DNA of 64,000 nt from a virus (Duplodnaviria; Caudoviricetes): positions 19,220-83,219 of IMG/VR virus record IMGVR_UViG_2974625740_000001. The stretch is one strand, 5' to 3'. The first letter of the stretch is position 1, and every line of letters starts with the position of its first letter. The notes beneath the pieces were generated by a model, which ran no database searches, was not told where the DNA came from, and saw only the letters and a program-made list of their open reading frames with translations. A program made the position numbers and the translations under genes. Below are positions 1 through 8,924 of this stretch, piece after piece.

Positions 1-375
1 CCGCTCGACTTCGGCGTACCGGGGTCCAGCGGAAACATCGACGCGGCCAACTCGGGGGACGCGCCGACGCACCCGCATTTCGCGATCACCGGGCCCTGTT
101 CGCAGCCCTCGATCACGAATATCAACACGGGCGACCTGCTGGAGTACGACATCGACTTGAGCGCGTCCGATACGCTCTACGTCGACACCCTGCAGGGCAC
201 CGTGACGCTCAACGGCACCACGGCAAACCGCCTGTACACCGCCACCACCCGCAGCCAGCCGGAAGGGTCGTTCATCCTGAAGCCCGGTTCGTCGGCCCTG
301 GCGTTTCGATCCGACGATTCAGAACCCGACCCGGCGTCGACCCTGACGGTCACTTGGCGCTCGGCTTTTTGGTAG
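1..375 (+). CDS. distal tail (Dit-like) protein, 5'-truncated
   Basis: Frame open from base 1 (PLDFGVPGSSGNIDAANSGDAPTHP...TLTVTWRSAFW). The C-terminus is typical of actinophage Dit proteins; the tail genes follow. Confidence 0.7.
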   Translation, partial: PLDFGVPGSSGNIDAANSGDAPTHPHFAITGPCSQPSITNINTGDLLEYDIDLSASDTLYVDTLQGTVTLNGTTANRLYTATTRSQPEGSFILKPGSSALAFRSDDSEPDPASTLTVTWRSAFW

Positions 376-384
376 GAGGACCAA

Positions 385-1656
385 GTGACCATCCGCTCGG
401 TGTGGCACATCAACAACACGCAGACCCGGGAGGACACCCGGTTCGCCCCGCTGGGCATCATGACGCCGAACAGCACGTCGGCCCTGTCGACGGCGAACGG
501 TGTGGTTCCCACCTCGAACAACCCCATGAACTTGACCTCGACCGGAGCCATGACGGCCCAGGTCGAGATCGGGCGTGCGGTGGTTCAGGGCCTGCTCACC
601 CAGGGCTGTTACCCGGTGGTCATCACGGCCCCCGAAGCGCTCACGTTCGCGGACGGCGACGCCACCAACCCCCGCATCGACTCGGTGATGATCGTCATCC
701 GCGATGACCCCTACGACTCCAGCGGCTTCACGGATGTTCGGGTGATCGTCGAGCCGGGCACTCCGGCGGCCAGCCCGGTCGCCCCTGCTCTGCCGACCGA
801 GGCCAGCCTGAGGCTGTGGGACGTGCGCGTCGAGGCAGGCGTCAGCGCGGGTGGCGGTGGCATCGACTGGGGGACCAAGCTCACCGACCGCCGGTCGTAC
901 GCGGTCGCCCTCGGTGGCATCGGTGTTGGTAACAACCCGGGCGCGTACGCGGGGCAGTGGCGGGATTCGGGCGGCTCGGCTGGCACGCTGAGCCGGTACA
1001 ACGGGACGGCCTGGGAATCGTACGTCCGGCTCGACTCCGGTGGCCAGCTCCAGATCGGCGACGTCAACCTCCGGCGCGATTTCTCGAACGTGCTGGCGAC
1101 GGACGACCTGTTCCGGATCTACCGACCTGCGACCAGCGACAACGCTATCTCGCTGCGCCTGCCGACCGACACCAGCGCCAGCCGTTGGTACATCAACGCT
1201 GACGGCAACATGAACTGGGGTCCGGGCGGCACGACCTCGACGGACACCAATCTGTACCGCGCGGCGGCTGACACCCTCAAGACGGACTCGAAGTTCCGGT
1301 CAGAGGTCGAGGTGGTCACGTCCGGCATCACGGGGATGGCGTCCGGGTGGGCCCTCAACTCCTTCTTCGGTCGCCGAACGGCGCAGGTGGTGGTGCTCGA
1401 CCTGTACATCAACCGTACGGGCGCAGCCATCACGGTCAACCAGAACGACAACGTGACCGACATCAACCTGTGCACCGTTCCGGCGGGGTGGCGACCTCAG
1501 CACAGCACGATCTCGGGATTCTTCGACAACGGCGTTACCGGCATCGGTGGCGTGGTCGTCGGAACGGACGGCGTGGTAACGCTGAGGTCGTCCGCAGGCA
1601 CCATCGGAAACGACACGAACCTGCGCATGCAGTTCGTGTTCATTCAGGTCAACTAG
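385..1656 (+). CDS. minor tail protein
   Basis: RBS GGAGGA; RIDSVMIVIRDDPYD and DTNLYRAAADTLKTD motifs typical of actinophage minor tail proteins. Confidence 0.75.
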   Translation: MTIRSVWHINNTQTREDTRFAPLGIMTPNSTSALSTANGVVPTSNNPMNLTSTGAMTAQVEIGRAVVQGLLTQGCYPVVITAPEALTFADGDATNPRIDSVMIVIRDDPYDSSGFTDVRVIVEPGTPAASPVAPALPTEASLRLWDVRVEAGVSAGGGGIDWGTKLTDRRSYAVALGGIGVGNNPGAYAGQWRDSGGSAGTLSRYNGTAWESYVRLDSGGQLQIGDVNLRRDFSNVLATDDLFRIYRPATSDNAISLRLPTDTSASRWYINADGNMNWGPGGTTSTDTNLYRAAADTLKTDSKFRSEVEVVTSGITGMASGWALNSFFGRRTAQVVVLDLYINRTGAAITVNQNDNVTDINLCTVPAGWRPQHSTISGFFDNGVTGIGGVVVGTDGVVTLRSSAGTIGNDTNLRMQFVFIQVN

Positions 1657-1665
1657 GAGAAGCAC

Positions 1666-1926
1666 ATGCCCTACGTCGTCCCGCGTAGTCAGTCGGTGCA
1701 GTACACCGGGCAGAACATGGAGGCGATCCAGGCGATCGTCGACCAGTCCGACTACTGGCAGTCGGCCGAGTTCCTCGTGACCGAGGAGCGCATCAAGTGG
1801 TCGGCCGGTGAAGGCGACCGGATCAACATCCCGGTCGGTGGGTACCTGGTGTACAACACCGAAATGGGAACGTACCAGGGCCTGAGCCAGGCCGACTACG
1901 AGGCTCAGTATCACGAGATCGCCTGA
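1666..1926 (+). CDS. hypothetical protein (tail module)
   Basis: RBS AGGAG; tight packing with its neighbours. Confidence 0.7.
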   Translation: MPYVVPRSQSVQYTGQNMEAIQAIVDQSDYWQSAEFLVTEERIKWSAGEGDRINIPVGGYLVYNTEMGTYQGLSQADYEAQYHEIA

Positions 1927-1938
1927 GGGGGTTAAGGC

Positions 1939-3042
1939 ATGCCGGTGGCCAGCCCGTACCGGGTCATCATCTGCGACCTGCGCACGGACCAACTGCTCGA
2001 CGTCCTGCCGGTCACCGGCCTGTCGTTCGACGACTTCATCGGGAAGATGGGCACCTGCTCGGGGACCATCGAGATCACCGACACCCGAGTCGCCGCGCGA
2101 ATGCGGCTGAACTTCATCCCCGCGCGCACCGCCGTCTACGTGCAGCGCGGTGCTGACATCTGGTGGGGCGGTATCATGTGGACCCGCACCGTTCAGGTGG
2201 ACAGCCGGGGTTACGTGAAGGTCGCGTTCCAAGCCAGCACGTTCGATAGCTACTTCGACAAGCGCAAGATCTACGACACCCAGACGTTCGTCGGCGAGGA
2301 GCAACTGGAGATCGTCCGGAAGCTGCTCGACTACGCCCAGGGTCAGACCGGCGGCGACATCGGGATCACGTACGACACGCTATACTCGAACGTCGGCCGC
2401 GACCGCACGTACAACAGCTACGACCTGCTCAACATCCGGGAGCAGATCGACCTACTGAGCAACGTCGACAACGGCTTCGAGTGGCGCATGCGCGCGTACT
2501 CGGACGAGGCCGGACGCCGGGTGAGAAACCTCCAGCTCGGTTACCCCAAGATCGTGTCGAGCCGCAACGATGTAATGCTGTCGGCACCCGGCCAGATCAT
2601 CAGCTACTCGCTGCCGGAGGACGGCACCACCACGGCCAACTACTGGCAGTCCCGAGGCGCGTCGACCAACCAGGACGCATCCAGCGAGTCCGTCCCGCTG
2701 ATGTCTACGCGGTACTTCTACCCGACCGACCTTGACGCCGGGTGGCCCAGGCTCGACGGTAGCAGTGACTACAACACCGTTGAGGACCTGACCACCCTGG
2801 ACGCGCACGCGGTGGCGGATATCAAGAGGTTTCGTCGGCCGATCGTCATCCCGGACATCGAGGTTATGCTGGACGGCCGGAACATCACGCCGGGGCTGCT
2901 GGGGACCACCACCCGCCTGCGCATCAAGGACATCTGGTACTATGAAGGGATCACCCTCCGGTACCGGATCATCGGATTCAAAGTCAGCCCTCCGGACCGG
3001 GGTAAGCCCGAAACGGCCACGCTCTATCTGGAGGCCCTGTAA
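1939..3042 (+). CDS. minor tail protein (Gp37-like/Tal hub type)
   Basis: YRVIICDLRT..., WWGGIMW, GFEWRM..., LQLGYP motifs. Confidence 0.75.
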   Translation: MPVASPYRVIICDLRTDQLLDVLPVTGLSFDDFIGKMGTCSGTIEITDTRVAARMRLNFIPARTAVYVQRGADIWWGGIMWTRTVQVDSRGYVKVAFQASTFDSYFDKRKIYDTQTFVGEEQLEIVRKLLDYAQGQTGGDIGITYDTLYSNVGRDRTYNSYDLLNIREQIDLLSNVDNGFEWRMRAYSDEAGRRVRNLQLGYPKIVSSRNDVMLSAPGQIISYSLPEDGTTTANYWQSRGASTNQDASSESVPLMSTRYFYPTDLDAGWPRLDGSSDYNTVEDLTTLDAHAVADIKRFRRPIVIPDIEVMLDGRNITPGLLGTTTRLRIKDIWYYEGITLRYRIIGFKVSPPDRGKPETATLYLEAL

Positions 3043-3782
3043 TGGCAGCACCCAACACGCCGACCGACTTGATCGACCGCATTCGCGCGCTTGAGCGCAA
3101 GGTCGACGACCTGTCTGGGCGACTCAACATCCGTCCCGCTCTCAACACGATCGTCGGCGGCTCCGTCACGATCAAGGAGGGCGGCACGCTGCTGGTCGAA
3201 GACCACGACGGGACCGACGTGCTGAGCATCGGCCGCGTGTCCCCGGACGTCGACGGACAGCCGCAGATGGCCACGGTCGTTCGCCGGATGGACGGCTCTT
3301 TGGCGTTCGCGGTGTGGACCAGTGCCACCACGGGCGTGCAACCGGTGCGGATGTATGACAAGGGGTCGAACATCATCTTCGCTGACGACACGGCCAGCGC
3401 GGGTGGCGGTCTTGCGGTCCCGTGGCTCCCGTACAACGTGCCGCAGCCGATCCAACGTGCTGGATGGGGCACTACTGCCTCGACCTCGTACACCGCCGTC
3501 CTGCGTACGGTGTCGCCCATCATGCAACCCCGGATGTACGTCCAGGTCGTCCAGGGCGCAGCCTCGGGGTCGACCGCCACTGGCCAGCTACGCGTCATGG
3601 TCAACGGCGTGCAGATGGTCGAGGGCACGGACGGCGACAACATCGACGGCACGTTCGACGTGCCCAACTTCGTCTACGCCGGAACGCCACTGCACTGGAC
3701 CGTCGAGGTTCAGGCGAAGGTGACCGGCGGAACCGGGACCATGGCCGTTTCGGTCAGGTCGTGCTACGGAAGGCAGAGCTGA
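3042..3782 (+). CDS. minor tail protein
   Basis: Stop/start overlap; DLIDRIRALERKV N-terminus typical of Streptomyces phage minor tail proteins. Confidence 0.7.
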   Translation: MAAPNTPTDLIDRIRALERKVDDLSGRLNIRPALNTIVGGSVTIKEGGTLLVEDHDGTDVLSIGRVSPDVDGQPQMATVVRRMDGSLAFAVWTSATTGVQPVRMYDKGSNIIFADDTASAGGGLAVPWLPYNVPQPIQRAGWGTTASTSYTAVLRTVSPIMQPRMYVQVVQGAASGSTATGQLRVMVNGVQMVEGTDGDNIDGTFDVPNFVYAGTPLHWTVEVQAKVTGGTGTMAVSVRSCYGRQS

Positions 3783-4123
3783 TGCCCGAGAACCCGGTCC
3801 CCCACGAGCCTGAGGCCGACGTGCCGCTGGCTCCGATCGAGGGTGTTACCGACCCGCGCGTGCTCGAAGTCGCGCGGGTCGGCTTCAACTTCCAGCTTGC
3901 TATCCGCAATCAGCTTCCTGAGTGCCCGGAGGTGGAACTGGCTGCCCGCTATGTGGATCTGGCGGTGCAGGCAGCCCACCGGGCGGCCCAGGAGAACCCC
4001 CCGGCGGCCAGCGGAGAGCCTGGAGCACGCTCCCAGGCACCGACGGCCCCGGACAGCGCGAGAGGCCCCGGGATACACCGCCGGGAGCTTCAGGTACGAG
4101 AAAGCGGGAAAAGTGCCGGATGA
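3782..4123 (+). CDS. hypothetical protein
   Basis: ATG overlaps the previous stop (MPENPVPHE...). Confidence 0.55.
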   Translation: MPENPVPHEPEADVPLAPIEGVTDPRVLEVARVGFNFQLAIRNQLPECPEVELAARYVDLAVQAAHRAAQENPPAASGEPGARSQAPTAPDSARGPGIHRRELQVRESGKSAG

Positions 4124-4190
4124 TCATCTTCGGCCCCAGAGAGGGGCATTACATGCATCGACGAAGATAACAACCTGAAAGGTCCACCAC

Positions 4191-4550
4191 ATGGACTTCA
4201 GCAAACTTCCTCTCGCGACCGGCTCCGCCACCGCGCTGCTCGGTCTCGTCCTTCTGCTCGTCCTCCTCGGCAAGCTCGTTCCCCGATCGGCTCTCGACGA
4301 CGCCCGTAAGGACGCCGAACAGGTCCGCGCAGAGCGTGATCGTGCGTTGGACGAGAAGCAGCGGGAAGTCGAGCTGTGGCGATCCGCGTTCATGAACGAG
4401 GTGGGCACCACCCGAGAGTTGAGCAGCCAGAACAGCCAACTGATGGAGGTCGCCCGCACGGCCGACCGAGTGCTGCGCTCTCTCCCTTCTGGAGCAGGAG
4501 ATTCACCCAATGACGGGAGCAACAGCAGTGGTGTGGTTTCTCGGCCGTAA
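4191..4550 (+). CDS. membrane protein, lysis cassette
   Basis: One N-terminal TM helix followed by a coiled coil; upstream of the endolysin. Confidence 0.65.
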   Translation: MDFSKLPLATGSATALLGLVLLLVLLGKLVPRSALDDARKDAEQVRAERDRALDEKQREVELWRSAFMNEVGTTRELSSQNSQLMEVARTADRVLRSLPSGAGDSPNDGSNSSGVVSRP

Positions 4551-4767
4551 ACGAAAGACACACGACCGACCCTCGGCCCATGTTCCCCTCAAGAAGAACG
4601 AGGGCGAACTGGAGGCCCGGAGGGCAGTCCGTGAGTCGGCCGCTCGACAGGACGCGGTCACCGGTCAGCGAAGGATAGTGGAGCGGGTGGTGGACAGCCT
4701 CGCTGAGGTGCGCCGGAATAACCACTTCGGCGACAACATCAGGGCAGCAATGGGAGGGGACAAGTGA
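4510..4767 (+). CDS. small membrane-associated protein, lysis cassette
   Basis: RBS GGAG; hydrophobic N-terminus, basic tail. Confidence 0.55.
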   Translation: MTGATAVVWFLGRKRKTHDRPSAHVPLKKNEGELEARRAVRESAARQDAVTGQRRIVERVVDSLAEVRRNNHFGDNIRAAMGGDK

Positions 4768-5087
4768 CGGTCGCCGACGGGTCGCAGACGTGGAACGCCT
4801 GGGTCAGCCTGGGCACCGCCATCACCTGCTTCCTGTTCGTCACCGCGTACGCCGTCCTGGCGCGGTGGTGGCGAACCTACGAGGGTCGAGTCATGATGGG
4901 CAAAGCCACCGCCATCGGCCTGCTCGCCCTGTACACCTTCATCATCACCGAGGTCGCCCCCGATTCCGCGTCCGCACGCTGGGCCCGGGTCGTGCTAGTC
5001 GGCATCATCGGTGTGTTCATGGTGTTCCAGACCATTCGGCTGGTCACCAACCAGCTCGGTCGGACCTACGACAACAGGAGTGACTGA
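4764..5087 (+). CDS. holin-like protein (3 TM)
   Basis: Three hydrophobic segments; directly before the endolysin. Confidence 0.6.
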   Translation: MTVADGSQTWNAWVSLGTAITCFLFVTAYAVLARWWRTYEGRVMMGKATAIGLLALYTFIITEVAPDSASARWARVVLVGIIGVFMVFQTIRLVTNQLGRTYDNRSD

Positions 5088-5088
5088 C

Positions 5089-6063
5089 ATGGCCAAGAAG
5101 GGACCCCAGCAGTACCCGGGGGCGTCCAACAAGTACCGGTACGACGGGAAGTACCCGGGGTCGCCGATGGAGACCAACGTCATCGGCTGGCACTCGACCG
5201 AGGGCATATCGGTCCCCGGGTACCGAGGGGGTGCCGACGCGCCGAACCTCACCGTGGCACCGGACTTCAAGAACCGGCGCGCGGTCTGGTACCAGCACCA
5301 CGACTTCGACTCGTCGTCGCGGGCTGCGGTAAACATGGCGGGTGGCGTCGAGACCAACACCGCCAACATGTGCCAGGTCGAGATCGTCGGCACCTGCGAC
5401 CCCAAGCACAAGACGTCGTGGACCATCAGCGGCCGGACCTACAAGGCCGGGGTCGACTACCTGTACACGCCGGATCTGCCGGACTGGTTCATCGAAGAGC
5501 TGGCCGAGTTCAGCGCGTGGGCCCACATCCACCACGGCGTGCGGCTGGAGTCGAAGCGGCCGAACGGGTCGAAGCTGGTGTGGAAGCCGTACCCGTCGAG
5601 CTACGGTCGGCGCGACCAGAACGACGTGCGCCTGTCGAACAGCGAGTGGGGCGACTTCTACGGTCACTGCTCGCACCAGCACTTCCCCGAGAACCTGCAC
5701 GGCGACACCGGCAATATGGACATCGTCACCATCCTGTCGGTCGCCAAGGACATGGTCAAGGCGGGCAACACGCCCAAGCCCCCGGCGACCAGCCCGCAGC
5801 CGCCCAAGCCGAAGTACGAGCCCTTCCCCGGGGCGTCGTTCTTCAAGGACGGCCGGAAGTCCCCCATCGTCAAGGCGTGCCGCCAGCGGCTCATCGCGAT
5901 GGGCTGCAACAAGTACGAGTCGACCACGAACCAGGACGTGTGGGGTTCGGGAGACGAGGCCAGTTACGCGGCCTGGCAGCGCAAGTGCGGGTTCACCGGC
6001 AAGGGTGCCGACGGCACTCCGGGCAAGTCCTCGTGGGACGACCTGAAGGTCCCCAACGTCTGA
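5089..6063 (+). CDS. endolysin, Zn-amidase plus peptidoglycan-binding domain
   Basis: WHSTEG...QVEIVG...GHCSHQHFPEN.HGD amidase motifs; Pro/Lys linker; YEPFPGASFFK...GTPGKSSWD PGBD; ATG at 5089 with RBS AGGAG. Confidence 0.85.
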   Translation: MAKKGPQQYPGASNKYRYDGKYPGSPMETNVIGWHSTEGISVPGYRGGADAPNLTVAPDFKNRRAVWYQHHDFDSSSRAAVNMAGGVETNTANMCQVEIVGTCDPKHKTSWTISGRTYKAGVDYLYTPDLPDWFIEELAEFSAWAHIHHGVRLESKRPNGSKLVWKPYPSSYGRRDQNDVRLSNSEWGDFYGHCSHQHFPENLHGDTGNMDIVTILSVAKDMVKAGNTPKPPATSPQPPKPKYEPFPGASFFKDGRKSPIVKACRQRLIAMGCNKYESTTNQDVWGSGDEASYAAWQRKCGFTGKGADGTPGKSSWDDLKVPNV

Positions 6064-6079
6064 TCAGGAGGTCAACGTC

Positions 6080-6421
6080 ATGAGCACCAACACCACCGTA
6101 CCCTCGGTGTTCCCCTCGGTCATGCGGACCGTGGTTCCGCTCGTGGTCGGGTGGGTCATCACGGCCCTCGCCAGCGTGGGCGTCGACTTCGGGTCGGAGA
6201 AGACCACGGCGGCTGTCACGGTCATCATCTCGGCGGCGTACTACACGCTGTTCCGGCTGCTGGAGCGCGCGGCCCCCACGGGTGGTCGCGTCGAGAAGCT
6301 CTTCGGCCTGCTGCTCGGGTTCGTGCGTCCGCCGATCTACCCGCCCTCGGGTTCGGTCGCGGCTCCGGCTCGGGTCGAGACGCTGACGGCCCCGAACCCG
6401 CCGAACGACCACCGCCTGTAA
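6080..6421 (+). CDS. holin
   Basis: 2 TM helices, directly after the endolysin; RBS AGGAGG. Confidence 0.65.
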   Translation: MSTNTTVPSVFPSVMRTVVPLVVGWVITALASVGVDFGSEKTTAAVTVIISAAYYTLFRLLERAAPTGGRVEKLFGLLLGFVRPPIYPPSGSVAAPARVETLTAPNPPNDHRL

Positions 6422-6451
6422 CCGCTGGTAACGGTACCCGACCGGGAGGAC

Positions 6452-6481
6452 TAGCGCAGTACGCAAGTCCTGTGGTACACT
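6452..6481 (+). promoter_or_regulatory. dyad promoter (leaderless) for the XRE gene
   Basis: TAGCGC-N18-TACACT with CGCAAG half-site; predicted +1 falls on ATG 6488. Confidence 0.65.
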
Positions 6482-6487
6482 TTCGGT

Positions 6488-6793
6488 ATGGACAGCAACC
6501 AGGACACCGTTACGCTTGAAGCGTTCGCAGACCGGGTCGGATGCCACTTCACGACGGCGTCCCGACTGCGGTCCGGCGACAGGATGCCCAGCAAGGAACT
6601 GCTCGGGCGCATCGTTGAGGCTTACGGCCTCGACAAGGAATCGGCTTTCGACGTCTTCACCCAGGGCGACCCGACCCAGTTCGGGCGGTACCTGCGTGAG
6701 GAGGTCTTCAAGTCCGAGGCCGAGTCGGGGCCGGAGTCTCAGGAGACAGGGAACCGAACACATGACACAGACGCTCGCATCTCCGCCGCGTGA
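6488..6793 (+). CDS. XRE-family HTH transcriptional regulator
   Basis: TLEAFADRVGCHFTTASRLRSGDRMPSKELLGRI helix-turn-helix. Confidence 0.85.
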   Translation: MDSNQDTVTLEAFADRVGCHFTTASRLRSGDRMPSKELLGRIVEAYGLDKESAFDVFTQGDPTQFGRYLREEVFKSEAESGPESQETGNRTHDTDARISAA

Positions 6794-7064
6794 GACCGCT
6801 CACGCGGCGCGGGTCCAGCAGGTCGACCACCACATGGCGGATCTGGTCGCCCGGCTGAAGGGCCCCGAGTTCGAGCTGGTCCACCCGGCGCGGTGGCGGC
6901 ATCTCGACACGGGTCACCACGTGGAGACCGGATACTCTTACGGCGAGGGCCGTGTCCGTGTTTTCCTGGGTGGAGGTCGGACGGCAGATCACCTGTTCGT
7001 CCTCTCCGGTCGGGAAGACGACATGGACGCGTTCAACGCGCTGTTCCCTGTCTCCAGCGAGTAA
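6762..7064 (+). CDS. hypothetical protein
   Basis: MTQTLASPP...; phage-like codon usage; hairpin follows. Confidence 0.6.
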   Translation: MTQTLASPPRETAHAARVQQVDHHMADLVARLKGPEFELVHPARWRHLDTGHHVETGYSYGEGRVRVFLGGGRTADHLFVLSGREDDMDAFNALFPVSSE

Positions 7065-7087
7065 CGCAAGGTCCGCCGACCCCCCGT

Positions 7088-7132
7088 CGACGCCCCCACT
7101 CCGCAGCCAGCAGGGTGGGGGCGTCGGCGTGT
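7088..7132 (+). terminator. stem-loop terminator
   Basis: cgacgccccca / tgggggcgtcg, followed by gcgtgt. Confidence 0.6.
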
Positions 7133-7158
7133 CCGGCGCAACCGTCCTTATCCGGGAC

Positions 7159-7188
7159 TTGCGCTGTAGACAATCACCATGCTGTACT
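7159..7188 (+). promoter_or_regulatory. dyad promoter
   Basis: TTGCGC-N18-TGTACT, TTG-N9-CAA. Confidence 0.55.
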
Positions 7189-7222
7189 GGCGGGGACGAG
7201 ACAGGAACAAGGAGGTTCCACC

Positions 7223-7537
7223 ATGAGGCACAAGGGACAGTACACCACCCCCCAGCTCAAGCGGCTGGCGCTTCAGGGCAACGACGTGATCCCCGTCTTC
7301 GGCCGTCCGGTCGAGATGGTGACCCTCCGCCACCGCCCCCGCACCAAGTTCGACCCCAAGCCCTGGGTCTGGGGCACCGACGGCCTGCGCTACAGCGCGT
7401 GGGAACTGACCGTCGAGCCGCACAAGGCGACCGAGGGCGAGCTGGCCGAACTGCGTCACGAGGTCGAGGACACGACCGACTTCATCCGTGCCAACATGGT
7501 CTGTGCGGTCGGCGCACCGCAGGGGGTGGCGGCGTGA
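7223..7537 (+). CDS. hypothetical protein
   Basis: RBS AAGGAGG; MRHKGQYTT... Confidence 0.7.
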   Translation: MRHKGQYTTPQLKRLALQGNDVIPVFGRPVEMVTLRHRPRTKFDPKPWVWGTDGLRYSAWELTVEPHKATEGELAELRHEVEDTTDFIRANMVCAVGAPQGVAA

Positions 7538-7701
7538 CCTGTCGATGTTCGGTCGACAACCTGCGTCGGCTGTGCGAACCGTGTCGGGTTCGAGCCGGTC
7601 GGCCCTCGTGCGCCTGGTGCCTCGGCCGTGGGTTCCGCGTGTTGAACATGCGTTGGACCCGCTGCGACCACACACCGGCTCGGGTGGAGGTGGTGGCATG
7701 A
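7534..7701 (+). CDS. small Cys-rich (Zn-finger-like) protein
   Basis: GTGA overlap; CRC..CEPC..CAWC..C. Confidence 0.55.
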   Translation: MTCRCSVDNLRRLCEPCRVRAGRPSCAWCLGRGFRVLNMRWTRCDHTPARVEVVA

Positions 7702-7784
7702 ACCGCATCAGCGTGGCGTGGGCCCTCACCCTCTCGTACGGCGCTCTCGGCGTCGCGGCGTGCGTCGTGAAATTCCTCGGCTGA
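7698..7784 (+). CDS. 28-aa membrane peptide
   Basis: ATGA overlap, RBS GGAGG, single TM helix. Confidence 0.5.
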   Translation: MNRISVAWALTLSYGALGVAACVVKFLG

Positions 7785-7797
7785 CGCCTTCGAAGAC

Positions 7798-7840
7798 CAC
7801 TGACCCCCCGGGTTCCAAGGCCCTGCCCGGGGGGTCAGTG
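7798..7840 (+). terminator. stem-loop terminator
   Basis: cactgaccccccggg / cccggggggtcagtg. Confidence 0.65.
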
Positions 7841-7860
7841 CTGTGCCCGAACGAGGGTAC

Positions 7861-7890
7861 TTGCGCACCCCGCAAGTCGTGTGGTTTAAT
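7861..7890 (+). promoter_or_regulatory. dyad promoter, class I
   Basis: ACTTGCG-N5-CGCAAGT perfect dyad; TG-n-TTTAAT. Confidence 0.75.
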
Positions 7891-7919
7891 TGTACCAACG
7901 ACGAACGAGGGAGCAGGAA

Positions 7920-8924
7920 ATGCCGAAGCTCAGCCAGCCCGCCACCACCCGCAAGGTCCAGCCCGCCGCGCAGGACTCGATGTTCATCAGCTATTCCCCC
8001 AAGGGCGCGGTTCCCCCGAGCGAGAAGGCCGGGGTCGACTTCGAGATCGAGATGGTCCTGGACGCGATCGACTACCACGAGAACGGCGACGAGACCGACC
8101 CCGCGTGCTGCACGGGTGAGAACCCCTGCAAGACCCGGATCTTCCTGGTCGGTCGCCAGCGGGACCTCGCGAAGAAGGCCCTGGTCGCCCGTGACGAGAA
8201 GATCCTGGCGGAGCGCGAGGAGATCAAGGCGCAGACCTCCGGCGGATCGGGTCCGGCCCGGGTGGCGGACCCCGCGACCCCCGCCCAGATCGGGTACATC
8301 AACACCCTGGTCGGCCAGCACGACACCAGCCAGATCGGTACCTTCCCGGGCCGGACCCTCGCCCAGATCCAGAAGGGCGAGGAGGTCAGCAAGGGCCGTG
8401 CGTCCAAGCTGATCGAGGTCCTGAAGCGCCAGCCGAAGCAGGTCGAGGAGATCCACAACGCGGCGACCCCGGCGGGTCCGGCGGCCAGTGCCGCTCAGCT
8501 CGGGTTCCTCCGCCAGCTCACCAGCGAACAGGGCGAGGAGCTGCGGACCTCGTACACCAAGGCCGAAGCCAGCGCGGAGATCACGCGGCTCCTGAAGAAC
8601 CGCGAGGAGGGTCCGAAGACCCAGGTCCGGACCCCCGCGACCGAGGGCATGTACAAGAAGGACGGCCAGATCTACAAGGTCCAGATCGCGGTGCACGGGT
8701 CCGGCCGACCCTACGCCAAGAAGCTGGTCGAGGTCGACGGCGAGTGGGAGTTCGTCCGGGCCCCGGGAATGGTGAACCGTCTTACCTCCGCCGACAAGAT
8801 GAGCCTGGAGGAGGCCAAGGAGTTCGGCAAACTCTACGGCACCTGCTGCGTCTGCGGTCGGACCCTGACCAAGGAAGAGTCCATCGCCGAGGGAATCGGC
8901 CCGGTTTGCGCGGGGAAGATGTGA
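7920..8924 (+). CDS. modular protein with a C-terminal DUF6011-like Zn finger
   Basis: CCVCGRTLTKEESIAEGIGPVC; internal repeats ATPAQIGYI / ASAAQLGFL..TKAEAS. Confidence 0.7.
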   Translation: MPKLSQPATTRKVQPAAQDSMFISYSPKGAVPPSEKAGVDFEIEMVLDAIDYHENGDETDPACCTGENPCKTRIFLVGRQRDLAKKALVARDEKILAEREEIKAQTSGGSGPARVADPATPAQIGYINTLVGQHDTSQIGTFPGRTLAQIQKGEEVSKGRASKLIEVLKRQPKQVEEIHNAATPAGPAASAAQLGFLRQLTSEQGEELRTSYTKAEASAEITRLLKNREEGPKTQVRTPATEGMYKKDGQIYKVQIAVHGSGRPYAKKLVEVDGEWEFVRAPGMVNRLTSADKMSLEEAKEFGKLYGTCCVCGRTLTKEESIAEGIGPVCAGKM

